From contig NC_135901.1 of assembly GCF_964194155.1 (NCBI RefSeq), positions 34,038,001 through 34,102,000 of the forward strand: 64,000 nt of DNA. The letters run 5' to 3'. Shown in pieces: positions 10,898 to 23,765 of this stretch. Position 1 is the first letter of the stretch. Every line of letters begins with the position of its first letter. The notes under the pieces were generated by a model. It ran no database searches and was not told the DNA's origin. It was given only the letters and a program-made list of their open reading frames with translations. This DNA is from Cetorhinus maximus (Eukaryota). Position numbers and translations under genes: made by a program.

Positions 10898-11200
10898 ACC
10901 GCGCATGCACCCTGCTGCACATTGTCCCCTATAAAGATGGCGGCTGTTACCCCGGGCCTGGCGAAGGGAGAAATCCAGACTTTTTCAGCCCTTCTTTCTG
11001 CAAAGACTAGACCGGTACCTTGTTATTTGGGGTCTGCGGCTTGCACTGTGTCTTTATGTAGCCTCCCTGCCCACTCCGCTGGCTCCATTCATCCTCACAC
11101 ACCCACTAACTCTGTTAGTTTGCTCCACTCGACATTCTCTCACTTGCTCTGAGCAGCTTCAGTCACAGGCCAGCACTGCACATGCTCCAGGCACACACCG
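10898..11200 (-). promoter_or_regulatory. orphan ZNF promoter arm
   Basis: gcgcatgcac, aagatggcggc, actgcacatgctcc; inverted paralogue of 24790-25090. Confidence 0.6.
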
Positions 11201-12279
11201 TAATGTGCATGTCATAGAGGTCTACAGCATAGAAAAAGGCCCTTCGGCCCATCGAGTCTGAGCTAGTCAAACAAGTACCTAATTTGTTATGGAAGGAACC
11301 CTGGTTACTAAGCGTTTAAAAGAGGAGTCTCCCTTTTAAACAAGAAACATTTCTTACATTAACTATATCTCGTAGCTCCATACACATGGCACTCCCTTGA
11401 CATGGTGCTTTAAGCAGCTTTAACTCTGATTGTACTCCATCATCTCCAGCCTTGGGAACTTCCCCTTTGTGGCTGTCAAAGGGTCACAGGTGGTGACTAT
11501 TTGCTGTCTTGCCTGGTGTGGGAAATCGGAAACAGTTGTGTGCCACAGTTTAAGGTGAGGCCCAAAACTGAAACAAACTTCTGTCACCAGTAACCATATT
11601 GAATGCATCACTCAATCAAACAGAACAAGCAGCAGCTGCAGCAGGGATGACTGAAATACAAAACGTGTGTCCTGGGTGAATTTTGGCAATTCAATAATAG
11701 TTTTAACAAGGAGGCACAGCATGCTATACGTACTTGATTAAATCCCAACCGCTATGTTTCAACATTACCCTGATGAATATACCAAAGGCCAATGCTTTGG
11801 CGTTGAATTTTTCAACTTTCTCTTCCACCCCAAGCCCCATCCTTCACATTCTACTGGAGATCATGTTTCAAGCCAATTAATGCAATGTTGGTTATCCCGT
11901 TTGGAGATGTTACATTTCTGTAGCATATGCAGGGAGCTGTATTGAGGATAAGGAACGTTCTTCTCCCCTTTGAACACTGGGTAGCCCTCTGCCATTGAAA
12001 GCCCTTTTCCTTTGCACAGAAAATTATGGTTTGTGATCCGATGACGACTGGAGGCCAGGGCCAAGACACATATAATTATCAATTGATATAACAAACAAAG
12101 TGCACGGATCCTCTGCTATAGTTCTGTCCCAGGTGTAAATAGCAGCAGAACAATCCCTGACAGTTAGATGCGAACTCCATGGAGTCTCAGTCGGCAGTGC
12201 GAACAACTGATTCTTCTTCCCATAAACAGGACCTTTAAACTCCGTTTTTGTTAGTAAAAGACAAACATATGAATACACG

Positions 12280-12565
12280 AACAAGGAGTAGGAGCAAGGA
12301 GCAAGGGTAAATCATGCTGAGCCTGCTCCACCATTTAATAAGATCATGGCTGACCTGGCAGTAACCTCAAATTTGCATCCTGCCTACCGCCAATAACCCA
12401 TCATCCCCTTGCTTATCAAGAATCTGTCCACCTCTGCCTTAAAAATATTCAAAGGTTCTGCTTCCACCACGTTTTTAGGAAGAGAGTTCCAAAGAATCAC
12501 GACCCTCTGAGAGAAAAAAATTCGCCTCATCTCCGTTTTAAATGGGCGAACCCTTATTTTTAACT
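12280..12565 (-). mobile_element. CR1 LINE 3' end
   Basis: Reverse complement of CR1 tail (..FFSQRVVILWNSL.. and 3' UTR). Confidence 0.7.
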
Positions 12566-12869
12566 TGGTTTCAGCACAGGGCCAGTGGGAATTTCAGTTA
12601 ACATGATTGCCAAGCAGTGAGGAGTGAATTTGCAATTCATGATCACCTTGTATGTGCATTTTCCAGACTGAAACTTGAATGGAATCTATCGTTCTCCATC
12701 ATAAGAGTATTCAAGATGGAAAGCCATAAATATTTGGGCACTCAGGGAATCAATGGATATGGGGGGAAAGTTAAGTGGAGCTGGAAGGTCATTCAATGGT
12801 GGAGCAAGCTCAATCATTGGTCTGTCAATCAATGGTCTATCCCTGCTCCAATTTCCTTTGAACATCACT

Positions 12870-14150
12870 ATGATCCTTTGAATGTGGAGGCTGGTGGGGT
12901 GAAAAGTGAGGACAAGAGTGAGCCTATCGTGGTTCTGGGAGTGAAAAATAAAATGAAGCTGCCAATAAGGAGAGCTTTGAGATAGGATGGGTCGGTGATG
13001 CTGGAGAGAGAGATCGAGTGTGTACATATGGCGGCGCGGGGAGCACTGTGTGTCCCGGAGATACCTGTCATTCTGGGTGGATTAAAAACATGAGGGATGG
13101 AACTTCAGTTGAATCCACGTGGGGTAAGTTGGAGACAGAGACAGTCACTGAGGAAGGAACCATGATAGGGTCCCCCTTGTGCTCAATTTTCACCCCACCA
13201 GCCTCCACATTCAAAGGATCATCCTCTGACATTTCCGCCAACTCCAGCATGATGCCACCACCAAACACATCGTCCCTTCATCCCGCCTGTCGGCACCCCG
13301 TGGGGACCGTTCCCTCCGGGACATCCTGGTCCACTCCTCCACCCCTAACACCTCATCCCCTTCCCATGGCACCTTCCCTTGCAATCGCAGAAGGTGCAAC
13401 ACCTGCCCCTTTACCTCCTCACCATCCAAGGGCCCAAACACTCCTTTCAGGTGAATCAGCGTTTCACTTGCACCTCCTTCAATTTGGTCCACTGTATTCA
13501 CTGCTCCCAATGCGGTCTCCTCCACATTGGGGAGCCAAATGCAGACTGGGTAACCGCTTTGCGGAACACCTTCGGTCTGTCTGCAAACATGACCCAGACC
13601 TTCCTGTCGCTTGCGATTTCAACACACCATCCTGCTCTCATGCTCACATTTCCATCCTTGGCCTGCTGCATTGTTCCAGTGAAGCCCAACGCAAACTGGA
13701 GGAACAGCACCTCATCCTCTGATTAGGCATTTTACATCCTTGAGTTCAACAACTTCAGACCATGAACTCTCTCCTACCTTTTTCATCCCGTTTTAAAAGT
13801 TAATTTTACTTTTTATCCGCTTATTTGTTATTTTTATTCATTGTTTTATCCCGTTTTTAAAAATTCCTTTTTACATCCTTTTTCGTTTCATCAGTGACAT
13901 CTTTGGCAATCTCTCCTTAGCCCCACCTATCACTGGCCTTCTATCCAGCTTCACCTGCTCCACCCACCCCGCACTACCCACTCCACACCACCCATTCCAC
14001 CCCACCTTAAACAGTATAAACTTTGTCACATTTCTACTTTTCTGTAGCTCTGAAGAAGGGTCATACGGACTCGAAATGTTAACTCTGGTTTTCTCTCTCC
14101 ACAGAGGTTGTCAGACCTGCTGAGATTTTCCAGAATTTTCTGTTTTTATT
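12870..14150 (+). mobile_element. rearranged Penelope-like element (inverted 5' part 12870-13158; GIY-YIG and tail 13160-14150)
   Basis: CIHCSQCGLLHIGE, RLGNRFAEHLRSV, RKLEEQHLI; 12870-12940 is an inverted copy of 13160-13225; tail hammerhead-like motif at 14046-14084. Confidence 0.85.
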
Positions 14151-14442
14151 TCTGAACTACTAGTCTAGTGACAATACCACTATTGGACCGTCTCCCCATC
14201 TTGTGGTAAACTAATTTCTAATGAGAGTTCCTGAATTATGGGGAAAAATCAGAGACAGCGGTTCTTAAAGGGATGCTGCAGCCCCAAGAACACAATCAGC
14301 AAAAAATCCAGAAAATTAAGCTCCAGCCCAGTTACAGGGATTAGCAACATCAGCAGAAACAAACACCAACTGTCAGAATAAACATGGTTCAGTCCTGGAT
14401 GTGATTAACAGCAGCAACAACAGCAGAGTCTGACTCCTGCAG

Positions 14443-15117
14443 TCAGTTGTGGACACGCTGATGTCTTAGCAGGTTGGATGACTGAGTGAATCCCTTCCCA
14501 CACGTGGAGCAGGTGAACGGTCTCTCCCCAGTGTGAACTCGCCGGTGTATCAGCAGGTTGAATGACTGAGTGAATCCCTTCCCACAGTCGGAGCAGGTGA
14601 ACGGCCTCTCCCCAGTGTGAATTCGTTGGTGTACAATAAGGTTGAATGAAGACCTGAATCTCTTTCCACAGGAAGTACAGCTGAACGGCCTCTCCTCAGT
14701 GTGAATTCGCTGATGGTTTAGCAGGTCAGAGGACCCAGTGAATCCTTTCCCACATTCAGGGCAGGTGAATGGCCTCTCTCCAGTGTGAAGCCGCTGGTGG
14801 GTTAGCAGGTGGGATGACTGAGTGAATCCCTTCCCACAGTCGGAGCAGGTGAATGGCTTCTCCCCATTGTGAACTCGCTGGTGTATCAGCAGGTTAGATG
14901 ACCGAGTGAATCCCTTCCCACACTCGGAGCAGGTGAACGGCCTCTCTCCAGTGTGAACTCGCTGATGTGTCAGCAGGCTGGATGACCAAATGAATCCCTT
15001 CCCACACTTGGAGCAGGTGAACGGTCTCTCCCCGGTGTGACTGCGTTGGTGGTTTTCCAGCCAGGATGGGTAATTGAATCCCTTCCCACAGTCCTCACAT
15101 TTCCACCGTTTCTCCAT
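14443..15117 (-). CDS. C2H2 zinc-finger protein B, 8 fingers
   Basis: Intact 224-aa ORF, accATGg start, acceptor ttttgcag at ~15432. Confidence 0.9.
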   Translation of the reverse strand: MEKRWKCEDCGKGFNYPSWLENHQRSHTGERPFTCSKCGKGFIWSSSLLTHQRVHTGERPFTCSECGKGFTRSSNLLIHQRVHNGEKPFTCSDCGKGFTQSSHLLTHQRLHTGERPFTCPECGKGFTGSSDLLNHQRIHTEERPFSCTSCGKRFRSSFNLIVHQRIHTGERPFTCSDCGKGFTQSFNLLIHRRVHTGERPFTCSTCGKGFTQSSNLLRHQRVHN

Positions 15118-15899
15118 GGTACGGGTGTCCCTGTGTCTCTCCGAGTCGGATGATCAGTTGAAGCCTCGTCCACACACACAACACGTGTACAGTTTCTCTT
15201 TCCACAGTCAGTTCACTGGAACACTCTCACTCGGGTGTGTCTGTGTCTTGGTGACTTTCCAGTCACACTGATATTTGAAATCTTTTCCCTCAGACAGAAC
15301 AGACAAACCTTTCTCCATCCACGTTCAAAGGCTGATGATATTCAGGTCCTGATGAATCGAGTGACTCTGTGAGATCTTGATGTGATGTTTGGTTTGAGTT
15401 TCCCGGCTGCAAATCCTCCCCTTCTCATTCTCTGCAAAAGGAGTTTACAAAGGTCATCACTGTCAGTGCAGGATAGAAATTCAGAGCAGACAATTCTAGT
15501 TCCTATGGGACATTTTTGCCTCTCTTGCTTCCCCAAAGCTGAAATCCTAGTCCCACACACTCTCCCTCCTTCCTGTGCTAAAATCCAGAGATTTGCACAA
15601 TTCTTCTTGTATCTTTTTAACCAAATTTGTACAACTGGAGGTGACAATATGTTTGATCATTCACTTCAGTGATTACTCATGACAAAACATTAATCGGAAA
15701 CCCCCTGACCGACCATACAGAATAACAGACGTTAACTTTGTGTCCAAAACTTACTGTGTGGAGATTTAATGAGCGATCATGAAGGTGGTTTCTCCAAACC
15801 TCCCAGGGTTTCCTTCCTTCCTTCTCTCCCTCTCTAAGTTAAACCTGGGATCAGTCTCATGGCCCATTCTGGTTCCTGCTTCTCTTCCTGATGATTAAT

Positions 15900-16910
15900 T
15901 AACCCCAATTAAACAGTGAGAAGACTGAAGACGCTGTTTTCAGTCCCTGCTCCAATCTCCATTTCCCAGATACCAACTCCATCCCTCTCCCTTGGAACAG
16001 CCTGAGATTAAGCTACTCTGTTCACAACCTCGATGTTAAAATTGATCTCAACATGAGTTTCTGACCTCATATCTGTGTTATCACTAAGATCACCTGTTTC
16101 CAACTCTCAGTGCATCTGCTGCTGAAACCCTCATCCCTGCCGTTGTTACCTCCAGACTCAAATATTCCAACACACTCCTGGCTGGTCGCCCATGTTATCC
16201 TCTGCAAACTTGACACCATCCAAAAGTCTTTTGTCCATGTCTTCACTCGCCGTGAGGCCCATTGCCCTAACACCCCTCTACTTCCTGACCTGCCTTGGCC
16301 ACCGGTCAAACAGCAACTTGATTTTAAAATTCTCATCCTTGTTTTCGAATCCCCCCATGGCCTCGCCCCTCCCTAACTCTGTAATCTCCTCCAGCCCCAC
16401 AACCCTCTGAGATAACTGCGCTGCTGTAATTCTGGCCATGCACATTCCGCATTTTAATCACTCCACTATTAGTGACCGTGCCTTCAGTTCCCTCATCACC
16501 AAGCTCTATGATTCTCTCCCTACACCTCTCCATTTGTCTACCACATTTTCCCCCTTTAAGGCACTTGAGTATTGCTAAAAAGAGACATTCTGTCAAAACT
16601 TTTTATCTTGTACTCATCAGGACAGACGCAAGAACATCAAATTTCAAAGATTATCAGTTGGGCTCATAGCGTGTCTCACTTACACTTGCTAGAAGCTTCA
16701 TATATTCATACACAGGGACCTGTCCTCTGCAGGCAGAAGGAACAAGTCCAGACATGGGGCCTTCTGATGAATCAAACAAAACCACGGGGGATGATAGCTC
16801 CCTGGTGCTTACTCTATGGCAATGACCAATCAGAACTGACTGGCCAACCAATCAGCACCCTTTTCTCATGCAGTATAAACTGTTGTTCCCTTTGAAATTT
16901 GGTTTATTTT
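15900..16910 (+). mobile_element. L2 fragment plus Penelope family 2 fragment (inside duplicated ZNF intron)
   Basis: Colinear with 5940-6990. Confidence 0.7.
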
Positions 16911-18000
16911 CAGCCCTGCACTCTCACTATTTCCTTTTAGAATGACTCCCACTGCTCTGATGGAGATTTTCCTACAAGTAGCTGCTCACAGTCCACTTTG
17001 GCCAGGTCCTGTCTTATCATATGAAAATCGGCCTTCGACCAATTCAGAACCTTTATTTCCAGACCATCTTTGCCCTTTTCCATATCTACCTTAACTCTTA
17101 TGGAGTTACGGTCACTGTCGCCCAAAATGCTCACCCGCAGACACTTATTCCACTTGCCCAGCTTCGCACCGCTGCCTCTCTTGTAGGATTTCCTACGTGC
17201 TGGCTTAAAAAGCTCGCCTGGATACATTTTAAGAATTCAGGCCCCTCTAAGCCTTTCCCACTTTGTCTATCCCAGTTAATATTGGGGAAGTTGAAATCCC
17301 CTACTATTATTACCCTATTATTTTTACACTTCTCTGAGATTTGCCAACACATCTGCCCTTCGATCTCCCCCTGACTGTTTGGGAGTCTGTAGTACACTTC
17401 CAGCAATGTGATTTCCCCCTTTTTGTTTTTAAGTTGTACCTATATGGCCTCATTTGAGGAACCTGCTAAGATGTCATCCCTCCTTATTGCAGTAATTGAC
17501 TGCTTGATCAATATTGTGACCCCACCTCCTCTTTTACACCCCCCACCCCCATCTCACCTGAAGATTCCATACCCCAGAATATTAAGCTGCCAGTCCTTCC
17601 CCTCCCTTTTGTTATAGCAAAGATATCATACCCCTATGTGTTAATCAACACCCTCAATTCATCTGCCTTACTCACAAGACTGCTTGCATTAAAATAAATG
17701 CCATCTGGCTTTGCCATTCTCCCTTGTGCCTTAACTTGACTATATAAGCTCTGCCTTCCATTCTGACTTGGTTTTTCTTATGTACTTGCCTGGGCATCAC
17801 CCCTACTATACCTCCAGTCTGTAACCCATCCCCCGCCAAATTAGTTTAAATCCACGCCCACAGCATGAGCAACCCCCGCCCCCTGCAAGGATGTTGGTCC
17901 CGTTCCGGTTCAGGTGCAACCCGTCCGACTTGTACAGGTCCCAACTTCCCCAGAAAGGGGCCCATTGATTCAGGAATCTAAAGCCCTCCCTCCTGCACCA
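16911..18000 (-). mobile_element. CR1 LINE AP-endonuclease region
   Basis: VYYRLPNSQGEIE, IIVGDFNFPNINW and VLNWSKADF motifs. Confidence 0.88.
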
Positions 18001-18044
18001 ACTCTTGGACAGTGATGGATTTTTTAATAATCTCTTTTTTACAG

Positions 18045-18375
18045 CTTTTTTTTATTTGTTCATGGGATGTGAGAACCACTGTCTGGGTGAGTATTGATTG
18101 CCCATGCCTCATTGCCCTTGAGGTGGTGGTGGTGAACTGCCTTCTTGAACCGCTGCAGTCCATGTGGTGTAGGTAGACCCACAGTGCCGTTAGGAAGGGA
18201 GTTCCAGGATTTTGACCCAGCGGCAGTGAAAGAACGGCCGATATATTTCCAAGTCAGGATGGTGAGTGACTGGGAGGGGAACTTCCATGTGATGGTGCTC
18301 CCATCTATCTGCTGCCCTTGTCCTTCTAGATGGTAGTGGTCATGAATGTGCTGTCGAAGGAGCCTTGGTGAGTAT
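18045..18375 (-). mobile_element. non-LTR retrotransposon 3' end (CR1/L2 superclade)
   Basis: Reverse-complement paralogue of 60085-60430 (LTWKYIGRSFTVAGSKSWNTL); shorter tails at 31580, 33000 and 55480. Confidence 0.6.
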
Positions 18376-18454
18376 TTGCAGACAGGAAACTCAAACCAAA
18401 CATCACATCAAGACTGGACAGTCATTCGATTCATCAGGACCTGAATATCATCAT

Positions 18455-18612
18455 TCCACCTGCTCCACCCTTCTTAAACAGTATGAAGCCCATGATATTT
18501 CTACTTCTCTTTAGCTCTGAAGAAGAGTCATATGGAGTCGAGACGTTGACTCTACTTCTCTCTCCACAGATGCTGTCAGACCTGCTGAGGTTTCCCAGCA
18601 TTTTGATTTTTT
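18455..18612 (+). mobile_element. Penelope family 1 tail with hammerhead-like motif
   Basis: agctctgaagaagagtcatatggagtcgagacgttgact...gatgctgtcagacctgctgag. Confidence 0.75.
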
Positions 18613-18614
18613 CG

Positions 18615-19052
18615 CCCCCAACAAAGATGGCGGCCGCGCATGCTCCATGCTGCACATTGACCCCAATAAAGATGGCGGCTGTTAACCCGTGTCTGTAACT
18701 GGGAGAAAGCTGCGGCCTCGCTCGGCGCAAACGGGGAGACGGTCCGCCGGGGGGCCTGGAAGTTATTTTTCGGGGTTTGCGGTTTACACAACATGTTTAC
18801 GAAGCTTGCCCGCCCACCCGCCACAACCATTGCTCCCTCCGCCCCGCCATTCACTTCCTTACCGATTGAGCATCAGAAATATGCACCTCCCTCCATCGCC
18901 ATTACTCGCACTGCGCATGCTTCACACCCAGCCCATTACCGCCCCGCCCCTCATTCACTCCGATTGGTTGGAGGACCAGCCTCGCCCTCCCTGGCCTCCA
19001 GCCCCGTCCCCGTTTCCTATTCGTCCAGAGCTGCCGTCAATCACCCGGGCAT
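18615..19052 (-). promoter_or_regulatory. CpG-island ZNF promoter cassette (candidate for gene B)
   Basis: Two aagatggcggc, gcgcatgc, ctgcgcatgc, gccccgcccc and attgg; minus-strand donor cg|gtaagg at ~18862. Confidence 0.7.
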
Positions 19053-19286
19053 TGTGACGGTTTCAAAGGGTGAGAGCGACCACAGAGACAGCCTCAAACA
19101 AAAACAGCTGGAAAAACTCAGCAGGTCTTCTTGTTTGTTTTTGTTTCATATTTCCAGCATCCACAGTATTTTGCTTTTATCACAGGCTCAGCCTGACTTG
19201 CTGATTCTTGACAGCATTTTCTGTTTGGGAATTAGAGCTAGAGATGGATGGTCAGTTCCCCTCTGTCCGGGGGGGGATTCACACTC

Positions 19287-19358
19287 ATTTCCCCAGTGCA
19301 CTGATTATCACCTTTACTTTACATGAGAAAGTCCCCGGTTCAATCCCGGCTGGAAACT
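19287..19358 (+). pseudogene. tRNA-Val(TAC)-like pseudogene
   Basis: atttccccagtgcactgattatcacc...tttacat gagaaagtccccggttcaatcccggctggaaac is colinear with vertebrate tRNA-Val; stems are mismatched. Confidence 0.7.
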
Positions 19359-19504
19359 TTGTGTTTACAATTGTTACTGAGGAGGAATTAACAGTGAGTT
19401 TAGTTTCGTGTCGAACAGGGGGACAGTTATTGTCTCATTTTTTAAAAGCTCCTTCTTCACCTTTAAACAGGGAATGATAAATCAGAGAAAACTGATCCAC
19501 TGTG

Positions 19505-20130
19505 ACCCAAATACAAGATACTGCAGATACTGGGAATCCAACCTCATGACAGAAAATGTTGGAAACTCTCAGCAGGTCAAACAGCTTCTATGGAGAGGGA
19601 AACAGAGTGAATGTTTCAGGCCTAGAAGAATTTATAGATGTAATAGTTTACAAACAAGTACAGGGTCAGGGAAAAGAGAGGGGAGAGAAAGAAAGAACAT
19701 TGTGACAGGCTGGAAGGCTGGAGTGATTAAATAAGGGGATGATGGTGCAAGGCAACATTGGGTGGTAATGAGACAAGGAAATAAACTAATGGGAAAACGA
19801 AGAAATAAAGGACAGGTCGAGAGGAGGGATAAATGGTAACAGCAGAACTACTACCAGCATCTACTGTCTGAAAAAATAGGAGGGGTGGTTTTAATCTGAA
19901 ATTGTTGAAATGAATCTTGCGTCGAGGAGGTAGTAAAGTGTCTGATCAAAGAAGTTGTTTGTAAAGTTTCATTGATCTTCATTTGAACAATGCAGGAGGA
20001 CGAGAACAGAGAGGTCAGAGTGGGATTTGGCGGAGAATTAAACTGGTAAATGTCTGGGAGCCCAGGATCACACTCTCAGACTGAAAGCTGATGTTCCACA
20101 AAGCAGTCACGCAATTGGGATTTAGTTTAG
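19505..20130 (-). mobile_element. old Penelope-like fragment
   Basis: Reverse complement of family 1 tail plus decayed GIY-YIG C-terminal region. Confidence 0.55.
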
Positions 20131-23100
20131 CGGGCGCTGCATCTGCTGTGCTTGAATAGAAATGATTCACAGTGATGGTCAGAAGAACACAAGAAATAGG
20201 CGCAGGGCTACCCCTTCAGTACTACCCCTTCAGCCTGCTCCACCATTAAATAATCTTCTATTTCCACTTTGTTTTCTCGTCCTATCCCCATATCCATTGA
20301 GTGTCCCCGAGTTCTATCTTGAATATACTCCAGATATTCAATTCAGGTTTTAATCTGGAAAATGTGTAAACAAAGGTGCACAGGAATTGCAAATTCACCT
20401 CCTCGCTGCTTGGAAACCACATTAAATGAACTTTACACTGGCCTGGTGCTGAAATCTAGCCATTCCCTGACAACTATTCTTGATGGTATAAGTGGTGGAT
20501 TTCGAATGAAAACCGCCCTCCACTCATTGGATTGGCTCATTTCATCTCACCTTATTTTCAGCTAATGGGAGAATGGCTGAAATAGAGGATGGTGAATAAC
20601 AGCTCGAAACCACAGTCCCCTCTCCCACTGAGATACTGATCCTTCCAACATACAGGAATTTGGGGCAATAGTGACGTTGATGCTCAGATTAGCTCTGTCT
20701 CCATATTATAAAATGGACCAAGAAGCACTGGAGTAGGTGAAAAAATATTTGCTAGAATTATGACAGAATTGGAAAGTTATATCAATCAGCAAAGATTGAA
20801 CAGTTTGAAAAGGTTTTGCCTGGAAAAGAGAGCGAGGGATGACCTGATCAAGGCCTTTAAGATAATGAAAGGGTTTGACAGGGTAGACAAGTGGAAGATG
20901 TTTCCACTTGTGAATGGGTAAAAATATATATAAGTTAGTCACTAATACATCCAATACTCAGCACATCTAGGAGCATCTGTAGATTGGGAAACAGTTAAGT
21001 TTCAGGTCTGTGCACTGATGCAGTGCAGATCTGATGGAAAGTCATAGCCCTGTAATTTAAACTATGTTTTGCTCTGTATAGACGCTATGTTTGTCCCTCC
21101 ACAGCCTTCACCACAACTGCTGAAAATTCCAGCTTTTCCCTTTTTTATTTAAGATTTACAGGACCCACTTTTCGATAACTGTAGATGGTTGAGAATGTAG
21201 AACTCGGTATCAGAAGGATTTGAGATCTCAGTGTGAGCTGGAAACTTATGGGTAAAATCACACTGCGAAAGAATTGTCCATCAGCTGAATCCTTACATTC
21301 TTACTGACAATTGTGTTTAAATGTTCTGTGTATGGAAAGAAAAATCACTTGTTCACACTGCCTACTGAGGCTGCAGTGAATTCACATCTAACTGTAGGAT
21401 GTTGTTCTGACTCAGACGTTTACAGCACAGAAGGAGGCTATTCGGCCCATTGTGCCTGCGCAGGTCAATAAAGATCTGACTACTGTAATTCCACTTTCCA
21501 GCACTTGGCCCATAGCCCTGGAGGCTATGGCAATGCAAGTGAATATCTAAATACTTCTTAAATGTTACAAGAGTTTCTGACTCAACCACCTTTTCAGGCA
21601 GTGAGTTCCAGACTCCCACCACCCTCTGGGTGAAAAAACAAAATTCTCCTCAACTCCCCTCTTAGCCTTCTATCTCTTAGCTTAAATCTATGCCCCCTGG
21701 TTATTGACCTCTCTACTAATGGAAAAAGTGCCTTCCTATCGACCCTATCTATGCCCCTCATAATCTTATACACACCTATCAGGTCCCCTCTCAAGGAAAA
21801 CAACCCCAGCCTATCCAATCTTTCCTCATAGCTCAGACCCTCCAGCCCAGGCAGCATCCTGGTAAATCTCCTCTGCACCCTCTCCAGTGCAATCACATCC
21901 TTCCTATAATGTAGTGACCAGAACTGCATGCAGGACTCCAGTTGTGTCTCCTAACCAGCGGTTTATACAGTTCCAGCATAACCTCCCTGCTATTGTATTC
22001 CATGCCTCGGCTAATAAAGGCAAGCATCCCATCTGCCTTCTTAACCACCTTATCTACCTGCCCTGCTACCCTCAGAGATCTGTGTATATGTACACCAAAG
22101 CCCCTCTGATCATCAGTACTTTCCAGAGTTCTGCCATTCATAGTGCAATCCCTTGCCTTGTTAGCCCTCTCCAAATGCATTACCTCACACTTTTCCAGGT
22201 AGAATTCCATTTGCCACTGCTCTGCCTACCTGACCAGTCCGTTGACATCCTCCTGCAGTTTATGGCTATCCTCCCCTCACTATTTAGCACCCTACCAATT
22301 TTCGTGTCATCCACGAACTTCTTGATCATACCCCCTACATTTAAGTCCAAATCATTTATGTACACCAGAAACAGCAAGGGCCCCAGCACCGAACCCTGCA
22401 GAACCCCACTGGAAACAGACTTCCAGTCTCAGAAGCATCCCTCTACCATCACCCTCTGCTTCCTGCCTCTCAGCCAATTTTGGATCCAACATGCCACTTT
22501 GCCTTGGATCCCAGGGGCTCTTACTTTCTTGACTAATCTGCCATGAGGGACCTTATCGAAAGTCCTGCTAACGTCCATGTAGACCACATCAAATGCATTA
22601 CCCTCGTCAACACTCCTGATTACCTCCTCAAAAAGTTTGATCAAATTTGTCAAACACGACCTTCCCTTAACAAATCCATGCTGGCTATCCCTGATTAATC
22701 TGTGTCTCTCCAAGTGCAGATATATTCTTTCCCTCAGAATTCTTTCTAGTAACTTCCCCACCACCAAGGTTAGACTGACTGGCCTGTATTTTCCTGGTTT
22801 ATCCCTTTGTCCCCTTTTGAATAATGGGACAACGTTAGCAGTCTTCCAGTCCTCTGGCACCTCACCTGTTGCCAGAGAGGATTTGAAAATTACTGCCAGA
22901 GCCCCTGATATCTCTTCCCTTGCCTCCCTCTACAACATGGGACACATCTCATCCAGGCCTGCAGATTTATCCGCTTTTAAGGCCGCTAAACCCGCTAGTA
23001 CCTCCTCTCTCTCTATGTTAATGTCCTCTAATATTTCACAGTCCTCCACCCTGATGTATATACCTGTGTCGCCCTTTCCCATTGTGAAGACTGATACAAA

Positions 23101-23425
23101 GTATTCATTGAGGACTGTACCCACATCTTCCGGGTTCACATACAGATTACCTCTATGGTCCCTAATTGGCCCTACTCTTTCCCTAGTTATTCTCATGTTC
23201 TTTATATATTTTTTAAAAAACTTTGGGATTTCCTTTATTACACCCACCAATGCTTTCTCATGCACTTTATTAGCTTTCCTAACTTCCTTTTTAAGGTCCC
23301 CCCTGCACTTTTTATACTCCTCGAGGGACTCTGCCATAATGAACCCTCAGTATCTGCCATAAGCTTCTCTTTTTTCTTAATCCTAACCTTAATGTCCCTT
23401 GACATCCAGGGTTCTCCAGACTAGG

Positions 23426-23660
23426 TCCCCCCCCCACCCAACACCCCCCATCCCCCCCACCCCAATACCCCAACAACACCCCATTCCCCCCAACAACCCC
23501 CCCCACCAACAACCCCCCCACCAACAACCCCCCCCATCAACAACCCCCCCCTCCCAACAATCCCCCCCCCCCTCCCCAACAATCCCCCCCTCCCCAACAA
23601 TCCCCCCACTCCCCAACAATCCCCCCCCTCCCCAACAATCCCCCCCTCCCCAACACCCCC
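23426..23660. repeat. C-rich low-complexity tract, (CCCCCCAACAAT)-like; G-rich on minus strand
   Basis: Directly visible runs of C separated by AACAA(T). Confidence 0.9.
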
Positions 23661-23667
23661 TGAGTTA

Positions 23668-23765
23668 TAAAACAAAAATAGAATTACCTGGAAAAACTCA
23701 GCAGGTCTGGCAGCATCGGTGGAGAAGAAAAGAGTCAACGTTTCGAGTCCACATGACCCTTCAAC
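23668..23765 (-). mobile_element. Penelope family 1 tail inserted in CR1
   Basis: Flanked by direct repeat ccccctgagttat. Confidence 0.8.
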
